NCBI GenBank assembly: GCA_004022145.1
Contig: RCNU01000010.1
Length of the DNA stretch: 64,000 bases
Reading direction: 5' to 3' (one strand)
Source: Paecilomyces variotii
Taxonomy: Eukaryota
Under the pieces are notes generated by a model that saw only the letters and a program-made list of their open reading frames with translations, had not been told where the DNA came from and made no database searches. The translations under genes and the position numbers were made by a program. This document shows positions 39,411 to 51,015 of this stretch, in pieces; the first letter of the stretch is position 1, and each line of letters starts with the position of its first letter.

Positions 39411-40303
39411 TTAATCACTGGCGCGGTACCGTCTCCTGTACTCCTCCATCCTCTCCAAATCTCCCTTGTTACCCTTCGCCTTCAACAACTCAATCAAATC
39501 ATCCAACGTAACGATACTCGCCGTCGGCACCCCATACTCCTGTCGAATCTGGCCCATAGCGCTCATCCTGGGCTCTCCATCATCAATACCCCCCTTCTCC
39601 TTCGGCCCAGGCATCTTCTCACCGCGGTCCAGCGCGACCGCGAACCCAACGACCTTTCCACCCTCCTTCTTGACGAGGTCAATCGTCTCCCTCATCGCAG
39701 TCCCAGCGGTGATCACATCATCAATCACAAGAACATTCTTATCCTTCAGCGCAGCGCCAACAATACCACCACCTTCGCCGTGGTCTTTCTTCTCTTTGCG
39801 ATTGAAGCTGTAGGAAACATCCGACCAGGTCTGCGGATCGATACGGTAGAGCTCGAGAAGGGTGCAGCATGCGAGAGAAATTCCTTTGTATGCGGGACTG
39901 CATAGGAAGTTAGCGACATAGCATTCTTCTATCCTCCCACATATCGACTGGGCTCAACTCACCCGAAGATAATATCCGGCTTAGGAACGGAAGGGTTTTC
40001 ACGAAGGAAGTTAATGATTGTATGAGCGTAAGCGGTCGAGATCGCAGAGACGAGAGGTGCGGTGTGGAAAGATCCGGCGTTGAAGAAGTAAGGGGATTCT
40101 AGATATAAATTCCATTTGTTATCAACAATTCATCCCATCTCACATGTGTAGAAAAGTCTTCAGGCAAAAAAGAAAAAGAAAGAAAGAGACTTACGCCGAC
40201 CAGACTTAAGAGTAAAAGACCCAAAAGTCAGAACATTCGCAGACAAGCACGAGTTCAAGAACGCTGTCTTGTACGCGGGGATAGAGCCCGTTTGTTCGGC
40301 CAT
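39411..40303 (-). CDS. URA5: Orotate phosphoribosyltransferase (3 exons)
   Basis: FGSFTLKSGRQSPYFFNAG; GPAYKGI; FNRKEKKDHGEGG; PRPP loop VIDDVITAGTA. Confidence 0.96.
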
Positions 40304-41005
40304 TGTGTGTGTGTGCGTTTATGCGTGTGTGTGAAATGACTATAGATAGATATATATGTTTGAATCCCGAGCTTCGTCGAGTTAAGTCAGAGAACTGATT
40401 CCAGTTTAAACCCTCCCAAAAAAAAACGTTGTAAGAAAAAAGAAGGATCTAAGATAGCAAAAGGAGGGGCCGCAAGTTTGCCGTCTTGAAAAAAAGCGCC
40501 TCGTTTTTGCGGAGGTGAGGGGCGGTCTCCGTGATAAGATTATGCGCTAGTCCTATATGGGTTGATGGGGGGAGGTTTTGCGCTAAACTGGTTATGGGAA
40601 AGGTTGGATTAGTTGGTGGGTCGTAGGTATATGTACTGCATGGAGTGTTTATTATTATTATTTTATATCATGAACATGAGCTTATGAGGTGTTTGTTGTC
40701 TTTTGTTCTTCGGATGGTAATATAATGGTACCTTGATTAGTGTTGTACTGTAATAGTATGGTGATAATCACAGTGTGTAATAGTTTATGATATGAGAACA
40801 TGATACAGATACGCCGGCGCTTTCCTACGTGATGTGACGCAGGACGAGAATGAAGTATGATCCTTCCTCTTGCAATCACATCTAGATATATCTATTGGTT
40901 AGAAAGCAAGATGTGTCGAGAGATTATCATGATTTATTATTGAATGGAGTCTTCTGTCAAATCTCGCACGAGTTCTATTCCATTTATCTAGACACGCGCG
41001 AAACT

Positions 41006-41712
41006 CTACAACTTAGCGAGAACTGCCTCGGCAGAAGAAACAGTGACCTCTGGAGTAGTCTCCTTCTCAGCATAGGAGATGGTGCCGTCATTTTCAATAA
41101 TGAGAGCGTATCGCATCGTGCGGTCACCGCTGGTCCAGCCGAGCTTCTTTGAAAATTGAAGTCCCGGATCGCAGAGGAAGAACTTTTCATTAGATCATGT
41201 ATTAGTATATGCACCCTGATATATCTAGTCGAATATATATGTGAGAGAAGAGAAATGTAACATACAATGTCGTCATTCATGATATGATTGGCCTTTCCCC
41301 AGGCACTCATCACATAAGGGTCATTGGAAGCGATGCAGGCGATGATGTCGACTCCCTTCTCCTTCAACTTGGGTAGATTGGTGATATAGCCCGGGAGATG
41401 CTTGCTAGAGCAACCGGGGGTGAATGCACCGGGAACAGCAAAGAGAACTACTTTCTTTCCGGCGAACTCTGCGATAAATCTTTAGTGACCAAGAACAAGA
41501 ACGTTGCATTTCCCTAGGGACGTCTCTGAAAAAGGTGGACTGAAGAAGAAGAGAGGGATGAGCATTCGATGGAGATATCATATCATACCTTTCGAAGCAT
41601 CATATTTGATAGGGACACCACAAGCATTGATCTCGAGCCTGTCCTGCGAGTAGGGAATATACGTAAACGTAACCCCGTCAGGGAACTTGTCTCCAACTTT
41701 AAGCTGCGACAT
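41006..41712 (-). CDS. Prx5/Ahp1/Pmp20-type peroxiredoxin (Asp f3-like), 3 exons, C-terminal AKL
   Basis: Spliced [54 protein letters not shown]. Confidence 0.9.
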
Positions 41713-43252
41713 ATCGCCGTGTATTCGTTATTAATCGTGTGTACCGTGCGATATAAAAGACAGATCGAAAAGGTGAGAAAGTCAGAAGGGACCGAGGGAG
41801 TGAGTGATAGACGGACAATCGATGTTGCGTACCTTGATGGGGTCGGGTTTGGACTCCGCACCGATTAGGTACTTAGCTTAAAGCTAATTGATCCGGCGCG
41901 AAGGCGACATTGCGCTTTACGTAGCTTGGGCGATGAGGAATTATTCCTTTTGTGGAAGGATTCTAGCTCAGGAATGATAAGTGAGATAAAATAAAATGGC
42001 CAGTATCGTTTCGCAAGACACTGCATAGACATGATGAATGTTAGTGGTGAAAGTGCGGGGTAGTGGAATACTGTATGTATACCTATACTATATAGAGGGG
42101 TGCTCGATGCCTACATAATCAATTCCATTGGTATCCAAAGCCTTATATCGGGCCTAGCCCGTTACATTAACTACCTCAGGGTTTGATTTCCACTCTTGCA
42201 TGAATAGAATCCTGTTAGCTGAGAAAGTACCCGATAAAGTTAAATGCGATAAAAGGGAGATATGATGATCCCGTGAGATTCCTGACAATTAGAAGTGCCC
42301 AATTAAAGGATATAAGATATGTGACCTTGTCTATCCCACCCGGAGAGATCGCGTGAGGATTCGTGATCAGAATCTGGTTATTCGAATTCGAACCCACCTT
42401 GTCTGACGGGGCTGTATCAGATCCAGACAAACCAAACTGAAGGATTCTCATTTTTGGTCGAATAGCCTTAGCGCCAATAATATATGCTATCTAAGGTATA
42501 AAAAAGTGGCTCTTCTTGGCCCCTTCAGATCCGGTTCAGTTGATCTACTGCATCCTCAATTCCGGACAGGGCCGCATATCGGCAATCTTTACTTTGTATA
42601 GTTCTTTAGCATAGAAGTGATTTACATACTTCCATAATAGAGTCATGTACGTCCGTCGGGACCAATTGATTGGACTCGATTGCATCGCCGACTCCACGCG
42701 TTCGTGGCTAGGTAGCTTTGTTCTTCAGCTGGACTAAAGTAAGCCACACGCCGTCACTTCCGTGTATACCGAATCAACTGTCTGAGTGCTCAGATCTATG
42801 GCAAGCTGAAAACCAGCTTTATTAGATAAAGTGTGGATAACAGGTATGATCGCCAGGCCGGGTTCGATCCAAAATCCGTATGACGACATGAATCTATGGT
42901 TTTATGGGAACAAGTGGCCCTGGCTACTACGTGATCAACTTGAGAGGGCATTAGTTGTGTTAGTTCCATTCACAATATCTCTCATCACTGGCTGTCTGAG
43001 CATGTCTAGTGGTCAAGTTCATAGTGTCTAAGTTGCCTTGTAGGAAAGAAGTGGGTAAACACGTAACTGCAACATCTCAATCAAGAAGTATTTGTCAAAG
43101 GAAGAGATTAGCAGAAACTTTATGGGATCAAGAGCAAGATATAAAGGTCCAGTGTCATCTCGTGTCCTAGAAACCTTTCATCTCATCACACAAACATAAC
43201 CAAAGGCAATCAATTTCAGCTACGTCGTGATACAGTTATACTTCTAAAGAAG

Positions 43253-43775
43253 ATGGGTAAGTCACACATCACTAGTATGAAGGGTTTAATCCAAGGACTT
43301 TCATTTTGTTAATCTTGACATTAGGTGAGACCAGCTTGACATTAGGCGCCGCCGTCCAGGTTTCCTCTCCAAACGAGGATGATACTCAGTGGAAGATCGA
43401 ACAAACGGAAGTAGGCAAAAATCTCTATATCCCTTACGGTGTCGCCGAGCTTGACTGGGCATTGGGACCTACCAGAGTAAGTCAATTGACTGTCCACGAA
43501 TTCAAACAGGAACTTATTTACCTCTTATCTAGATCTCGGGATATGTTGATACAAGCACATTAGACATCCGCATTGATCCTGTCATCAATGGGATTTATGT
43601 GGGCGCCATTACCGGCAGCTTAAAGGACGGCGTGGCTATCCAGTTTAACCTCTTTACAACGAAAGGCATTACCAAAATTTACCTCAAAAATGGAAACGAG
43701 GTCTGGCTAAACTTGCACCAAAAAGTCAAATTCGACGGCACCTTCCAGGGTGACTACAAAATCTTGACTATTTAG
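43253..43775 (+). CDS. Small (~132 aa) uncharacterised beta-rich protein; exons 43253-43256, 43325-43476 and 43533-43775
   Basis: TATAAA at ~43140; ATG G|GTAAGT; second donor GTAAGT at 43477. Exon 3 is a clean 81-codon frame ending YLKNGNEVWLNLHQKVKFDGTFQGDYKILTI*. Confidence 0.78.
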
Positions 43776-44396
43776 TTATGTTACCAGGAGTGATTTGGGC
43801 TTTCAATTTGAATATCTGAGATCCTCTGATATGATAATAAGCGTCAATCCTACAAAGTTGTCATTGAAATAGCTGATTCCATGAGATGAGGTTTCCAATA
43901 ACACCCATTGGCGTCTGTCATTACAGTGTCAGTTAGAGTAAGAAATGTTTTGCAAGCACTGCTTAGACCGGATATTAACCAGCTTTGATTTGGGCCATGA
44001 CTATATGTAGACGCATACACAGCTCAGTAATTGCACAGAGGAATTGAAACTATAGATTGCTCAGAGAATAAGGCTAACATTATCACATATTATCTACTTC
44101 AAGCGGCGCACGATAAAAGATGAGGAACTGCAATTATCCTGGACTTATTTTTTTACAATGTACGTGATTAACAATGATTCTGTGGTGGTAGCCCCCTCCT
44201 CTCACTATCACCAAATCAGATTGCGCAATTGCGCGGTGAAAAATTGACAGTTCCTCGTGCCGGCTGCCGATTGCCGTCAAAACATCAAGTACTTACATTG
44301 ACCGCCACATTAATTATTATCCAAGACCACTACAACGCTCATCAAGTGAAATCCACATCGAAAAAAAAAAATAGACAATTATCCTCACCCTGGAGG

Positions 44397-45845
44397 ATGT
44401 CTATCATTTGCAAACCCCTCAATTTGCTTTACAATGAATTTGGCATCGCCTCAGTATATGCAACAGGTCGAGATGCATGCTTCATCATCTTGGCACGAAC
44501 GTGCCGGATGTTCGCCTTCGGCGCAGCCTCTCTCATTATTGCTCTCTTCCTCTCCACTCTCGAATTCACAGACTTTCAAATCGGCCTGTTCATGACCTTA
44601 ACTCTCGCAGGAGATGTTGTACTCTCACTCTCTCTGTCCCTCGTGGCTGATAGGATCGGTCGCCGTCGCGTCCTCCTGATAGGGGCATTAATGATGGCCA
44701 TTTCAGGAGGGATATTTGCCGTTGCTGAGAATTACTGGATTCTCCTTGGCGCAGCTGTGGTTGGTGTGATCAGCGCAACGGGTGGTGATTTTGGACCCTT
44801 CCGTGCAATTGAGGAGTCTACTTTATCCCACCTTACCACGGCGGAGACACGCTCAGACGTGCTATCCTGGTACGTGACGGTTTCAAGTCTGGGTTCTGCT
44901 TTCGGAACTGAGTTCTGCGGACGAGTAGTCGATTTCCTACGGAATCGACCTGGTTGGGAGATTACGCGCGCTTACCATGCGGTGTTCTGGCTGTACATAG
45001 TCATGGGAGTCATGAATGTGATTCTGGCACTGTCAATGAGCGACAATTGCGAGATACATGAGAAATCACCTCATGAATCTGACGCATCTGATCCATTATT
45101 GGATGATTCATATCAACAACAACAACAAGAAGAAGAAGAAGGCGCGGATTCTAACGATACATCTAAGCAAAAACCAGAACCAAACGCAAAAAAGAGCCTC
45201 CTATCTCAAATCTCATCCGAGACTCGTTCAGTCATGTACAAACTATGGTTCCTCTTAATAGTCGATTCTCTCGCCGACGGAATGGTTTCATACGCCTTAA
45301 CGAATTACTACCTCGATCGAAAATTCCACTTATCCAAATCCACCCTAGGAGACATCATGTCAATAAGTTATTTCCTTTCTTCCTGCTCCACCATCTTCGC
45401 GGGCCCTCTCGCTCGACGTCTCGGTCTTATCAAAACTATGGTCTTCACGCACATTCCATCTTCCACGGCTGTTCTACTCTTTCCTATCCCGCAGAGTGTC
45501 CCTCTGACGATTGTCTTGTTTTTCATCCGCACGGGGCTCAATAACATGGATCAAGCACCGAGGGCAGCTTTCATCTCAGCTGTGGTGAAGCCAAAGGAGC
45601 GAACGGCAGTCATGGGAATTACTAGCATGATGAGAACGCTTGCTTCAACTATCGGTCCTAGTGTTACTGGGTTACTTGCTGGGAATGATAGGTTCTGGGT
45701 CGCATTCGTGACGGCGGGGGCTCTTCGCATCGCCTACGACCTGGGTCTGTTTGCTATGTTCGTGAATATGAAGCTGTATACGCATGAATCGAATGAACGG
45801 GAATCAGACCCGAGACGGTCGAGTGTTGAGGAGGAAAGTACCTGA
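44397..45845 (+). CDS. Major facilitator superfamily transporter, intronless
   Basis: MFS motif A (ADRIGRRR); GGDFGPFRAIEES; MVFTHIPS; about 12 hydrophobic segments with an acidic/poly-Q central loop. Confidence 0.9.
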   Translation: MSIICKPLNLLYNEFGIASVYATGRDACFIILARTCRMFAFGAASLIIALFLSTLEFTDFQIGLFMTLTLAGDVVLSLSLSLVADRIGRRRVLLIGALMMAISGGIFAVAENYWILLGAAVVGVISATGGDFGPFRAIEESTLSHLTTAETRSDVLSWYVTVSSLGSAFGTEFCGRVVDFLRNRPGWEITRAYHAVFWLYIVMGVMNVILALSMSDNCEIHEKSPHESDASDPLLDDSYQQQQQEEEEGADSNDTSKQKPEPNAKKSLLSQISSETRSVMYKLWFLLIVDSLADGMVSYALTNYYLDRKFHLSKSTLGDIMSISYFLSSCSTIFAGPLARRLGLIKTMVFTHIPSSTAVLLFPIPQSVPLTIVLFFIRTGLNNMDQAPRAAFISAVVKPKERTAVMGITSMMRTLASTIGPSVTGLLAGNDRFWVAFVTAGALRIAYDLGLFAMFVNMKLYTHESNERESDPRRSSVEEEST

Positions 45846-46189
45846 AACGCAGTCAGATGAATGGACTTCTTGATGAAAAGGCAGGCGATGAATGAAAATA
45901 ATTCGTCAATTGCCGCCAATCAAAACATGTAGAAATTTCTCTCGTTGTCGATAATATTAAGTTTACGTTGTCTTTTTGTTGTAGAAATGGGAAATTTACT
46001 ATTTGTTTCCCGTCTCAATGTGTTCAAGCTTAGAGTGATCCTATGCATTTCCCCCCGCCCTGCACCAGATCAAAGTATTGAGATTTTCACATACGGATGA
46101 GTCCGGGAAAAATACTACATGAAGCAGCATGAAGCTGAGCAGATGGTCAAATGCCATGGCTAACCGTACGCTTAATCTTAATTATACTG

Positions 46190-47966
46190 CTAATGGTTCT
46201 CTTGCGGACCGATGACAGTCGCGCCATCGACGATCATCGTCTCGTCAATTCTCGCCTCGGTTTCTCCCCATTCGACACGCTTATAAGTAACCACTCGTCC
46301 AGGACCCATGTCAAAATCGAAAAAGCGCATCCGGCGCACGTAGCCGCCATAGCCGCCATAGCCTCCAAAGCCGGAGCCACCGCCGTAGCACATCCAGAGG
46401 GATGGCTTGTTGCTGTTTTCGTCCTTCTCGAGCATACAGTAATCGTTTACGTGGTCACTGGGACAGAAAGTTAGCAGGTGCATGGGATAGAGTACGATAG
46501 TTCGGGCACTTACTGTCCACAGCTGACGAAAAGGACGTTCTCCTCAACGAGAGCGTCCTTAAAGCCGGAGTTGAAACCCGGCGCTGTTGGAGGTTCCAGC
46601 CAGTTTCCCTTCCAGTAATTATTCGAATTGCGGTATTCGGGAAGCGGTATGTGGATGAACGCCATGTTCATGTGCATATGAGTGTATTGATGATGTTTTC
46701 TCTTCAATCCTTGCGCGGTATCCTTGAACCAGTTGATCTGGTTAGGCTTCAGCCAGTCATATCCTCGGAACTGGCGTTCGTCCGGAGAGTAAGAGTGCGT
46801 GTCGAGGAGATACAGTGTCAGGGCAGAGTTGCTGGTCTTTCCACGGCCGAGGACCTCGACATAGTAGTTTCCAACTCCGTCGATATCCTCAGGACCAGCA
46901 ACAGACAAAGAGTATGGCAGTTCTTCCAGAATCTCCATCAACTGCTGTCGGTTCAGATCGCCCTCATCGTCATGGTTGCCAAAAATGGCCACGTAAGGGA
47001 TTTTGCGATCCACAAGTGGCTTCACGACCTTGAACAGCGCAGTCTGTGCATCTGGAGATGTTTCTCCGTTCACCTGATCGCCACTGAGAACGACGAGATC
47101 TGGCTTCTCCTCGTCCAACAACCTCTCGACGAACGCAAGCGTTCGAGGATCAGCATCGCACTTCTGACCCGGTGTCAGCTCCTCAGGGACAGCATCACGG
47201 CATTTCCCAAGGCCAGTGCTCAGGTGAAGGTCAGCAGCCTGCATAATTTTGAACCGCCCATGTTCATTGATCCTCGGAACCGGTTTCGTGATCTTAGGTG
47301 GTGGTCCTCTCCGTATGCTGAGCCGAGCTTCCTGCGCCTCAGTTCCGCTGTCCAACAACAACGGGGTATCTCTCATCTCCCAGTTGTGACGAGGATCCAC
47401 TGCATCTGCACCGAAGAGAACGTCGATAGAGGTGAGCGCTTTCCCAGAATCGCTGGCGTGGCGTTCTGCCGTTCGTTTGAGCCATATACCCCCTGGCCTT
47501 GGTTCCCAGTCGTCTTGTCCATCTGCGGAAAGCTCACTTGTCCCGGGGTTAAAGCGACTGATTTTGAGGTCCACTACAACTTTGTCCCCGTCAGCGAGGT
47601 CTTCTTCTCGCTTCCGTTCAAAGTGAAGGTAGGCCCTGGACGTCCACCCCGTATTCAGGTACAGGTCCTTCTCGATGCGCTGCCAGCGATCGGGATCGAG
47701 TTTGCAGCTCGAGAACACATTGATAATGTTACAAGAGGCCAGCGTGACATCGGTAACAATGAATCCGGGATGGTGTGTGGGGAGATGGCCGTGGATGGCA
47801 TCTGGTAGGACACGGAATTTGTTGTCGAGAATCACGACGAGCAGACAGGCGAAAAGGGCGAGAAAACCGAGCTGACAGCCGGTGCGAACCTGAAGATCAT
47901 ACGCTGTTAGAATATTCAACATATATAGCCCTCACTAGAGGAACAGCATACCAAGCGTCGAGTCAT
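46190..47966 (-). CDS. DCR2: Dcr2-like calcineurin-type metallophosphoesterase; 15-nt first coding exon (MTRRL) plus two exons
   Basis: N-terminal TM anchor; metallophosphoesterase motifs ADLH, GDQ, GNHD, HIP and GHDH; GGGSGFGGYG tail. Confidence 0.88.
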
Positions 47967-49583
47967 GTTTAGGTCACAATTGTCCTCTCCCCGGTCGACT
48001 GCGGCCTCGATAACAGGTCACGATAGACGGCCAGCGAATACGAGCAAAGTCGTCGGCGGCCCGTGGGCATGTTGCGAAGACGCAACTCCGCGAAAGTTGT
48101 CTAGGCGATCCAGCAGAGAAAGACCGTTGTCAGGTCATCTCAAGGCGCCTCCAACTGACAGGTGGGAATTAATTAATTGACCACGGATGCGCCCAGACCG
48201 TTTTCTGGGGAAAATGCAAGTCACATGCGCTCTAGCCGCTTCCAGCCGCCGCGGCCGATCCATGGATGATTTTGATATTGATATCTGGCTTATAGTAGTA
48301 AATTCCCAGCAGATTAAGATTAAACCTCTTAGAATAGGAACCTGTAAATTATTGGTATATAGGGCCCGCGGGATTTGCATGAGATGGACGAATTTTCTGT
48401 ACGAGCGCGAATTACGTGGTTAAAATAGGCAAAAGTCCACCAATGTATCTAGCGGTACAGCCCCTGTTTATTTTAGGGTCAACATCATAATAATGATCAT
48501 TGTATTATTCATTTTTGTCCATTTATACGCTTGAAAAACCAATGCAACGCAACAAGACCGCTTATTATAGTGGGGCGGTAATTCATGGTGCGAGGTAAGG
48601 TTGCAGCAATACTCTATATCAGAGGTTATTATCAGACGTTATTATTGAATAGATATGTAACCACTACTTAAGTATCATTATCTCACACACAGGAGTCTCG
48701 GTCGTGCACTAAATAAGTCGGTTGTTCTGACTTAGTGCTCGATTTCAGCGATATAGTGTAGTCGATTTTAAAACTTGCATGTCAGGTTTACCGTTTGCCG
48801 TACACAGTGGGGAAGAAGAGGGGCGCGACGATCGGGAAGATCAAAGCGATTATTTCAACAACCGATTTCCAGGTATTGCTGGTGGATCAGATCAGATCAC
48901 ATAGCAAAGAATGCACTCCACGTGGTGGATCAGTTTCCATCTGTCCGATTAGAGTATCTCTGGCGTGCTATCGGAATACTCTAGCGCAGGTCGTCATATG
49001 TTAGCCAGCCTGCTGCTTGCCGGTATGTGCTACTTAGGTATTATCAGGTTTCTGCAGGCAACTATTCCAAGCTAAGAGCTTCCCCTCAAGGGCTCACCTC
49101 ATGCTGGCCAACAATTATGAAAGCTATGCACTGTCTTCGTTGGGAAATACATCGGGAGAGGTGCATCATATGTCACAGTAACATTCAGTGTACTGCATTG
49201 AAGGCGATGACAGGCTAAAACATATCTAAGATCGATACGGGTTTATCCTATATACATAGTGTAGGTGGTAGCAACAGTAGTGGTGAATATTCTCCTCTCA
49301 TATGTCCAGAACGTTTGCCATTATTCCTTCGCCACAACAAGGCCAATGCCGATTTGACTCGACGCGGTAGCAGATGTGCTGAGACCGCACGTCTTCCACA
49401 CGACTAACCGAGTGAAAAAAGCAAGTATTGTCCTCGTAATCATATATATATCCTTCGGAGATATCAAACCTCTCATCATCAATAATAATCATTATCTAAT
49501 CAAGGAGGGAAGCAGGGTCTAACTGGAATCATCACTATCTATGTACGATCGTATCAAGAGCCCGATATCCTGCCGGGTCTCAT

Positions 49584-50669
49584 TCAAACTTTGACAGTGT
49601 TCACGTTCTCACTGCTAGCGTTGGAGGCTTCCTTGGCGACGCGCTCAACGCTCGTAGTTCCGTCGTAGATTTGCTTCGTCGTTGCAAGGATTGTCGACCA
49701 ATCCCGGAAAGTAGTGTAGGGAACTCCCTCCCTCTCGCAGTACAGAACTAGATCTAGTACAGCTGTCAGTACGGACAACGATTACAACGTGGCTATTCTG
49801 CGATAGAGGACCTACCCTTGCCCTCCTTAGCAAAGAGAAGATCTGTTTCACGCGCTGCGGACAGGTCGGAGATGCCATCTCCAGCATACAGGAGGGTGGG
49901 ACGCTGACCCGCCGGGAGCGCAGCGTACGGCTTGATCTCAAGGGACTTGTCGTGACCGAAGGGACTTTCGACTCGTTAGTCATTTGTAACCAACGGTGAT
50001 TCTGGATCCCCGTACCTGTCATCATGGTATTTGATCTGCCATCCGCCCTCGCTGTTGATGTCCTTGCCATTGCGGCTCTCGACTTCGTTGGCCACGATGG
50101 TGATGTTGTCCGTTTCGGGACCCAACATGACCTCAATCAGCGCTTTGATGATGGGGATCATGCCCGAGGAGAGGATCACGATGGGCACGTTGTGTTCCTT
50201 GGCCCACTCGTAGAAGGCCTTGAAGCCAGGATCGAGCTTCATGTGCGTCTTCAGGATCTGGATGCACTCGTCGAAGGGGGTGTTGATACTTTCCAGCATC
50301 TGTCGGAACATGTCACTGCAGTCGAGAGCGATCAATCGGGGCTCATTCAATAACGGAATATCTCCAGATACGTACCGGAAGGTCATTCGCCCATCAATAA
50401 CAGCCATGTTCAACTCGCGGCGCTTCTCCACTCTAATCCCCAGGTTGTCCGACTGACTATCATCAGTCTACGATCAGAAAGGTTTCACGGTATCTTGACA
50501 TACCAGGTAGTCATTGCCTGTACGCTGCTTTCAGCCAACCATGTTTTGAGACGGGGTTACAGCGGAGAGACTTACTGTCCTCGATGGTGATAGTTCCATC
50601 AAAGTCCGTGAAGAAGATGATCTTGGGGTTGGTCTTGATGTAGGGAAGGTCCTGCGCGATGGAACCCAT
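49584..50669 (-). CDS. HAD-superfamily IB phosphatase (MtnX/YNL010W-Pyp1-like), 6 exons
   Basis: FFTDFDGTITIEDSNDYL (DxDxT); LDPGF; ILSSG; FGHDKS; YAGDGISDLSAA. Confidence 0.88.
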
Positions 50670-51015
50670 GGTGAATAGTAATGATCGAGGTGAAGGGGTA
50701 CCTTGACAAACGATGGGTCAATTGGCGTGTGGATATGGTAGCGAGAGGCACTGAGTTGCGGGATAGAAGATGAGAAATGTCCAGATGGATTGCGAGGCGA
50801 AGACGATCGCTTTTAACAATTAATGACTATCAGATAACTGGGGGCGAGGGGTCAAGGGAACTAGTTAACTTACTTAATACGGGGAGCTTGGACCTGCGGA
50901 TCACCTCCGCGGAGACTGTCGAGGACTCTCATTTTTTTCGACTTCCCTTTATTATTTCGAGCACACATCGTCCACACATCCCTCTTCTCCGGACTGCTCT
51001 GTCCCGTCAACTTGG

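Noticed and set aside
5697..40332. Microsatellites (GAAA ~5697, CCTAT ~6123, AAT ~15381, TTCAA ~23230, GT ~40305)
   Set aside because: Ordinary short UTR or intergenic repeats; not CRISPR-like.
46651..47808. 385-aa antisense ORF over DCR2
   Set aside because: Lies wholly within the DCR2 coding exon on the opposite strand; typical shadow ORF.
35523..50669. MDE1 plus the MtnX-like HAD phosphatase as a methionine-salvage cluster
   Set aside because: They are 13 kb apart with unrelated genes between. Fungi use Utr4/MtnC for that step, and the yeast member of this HAD family is a polyol-phosphate phosphatase.
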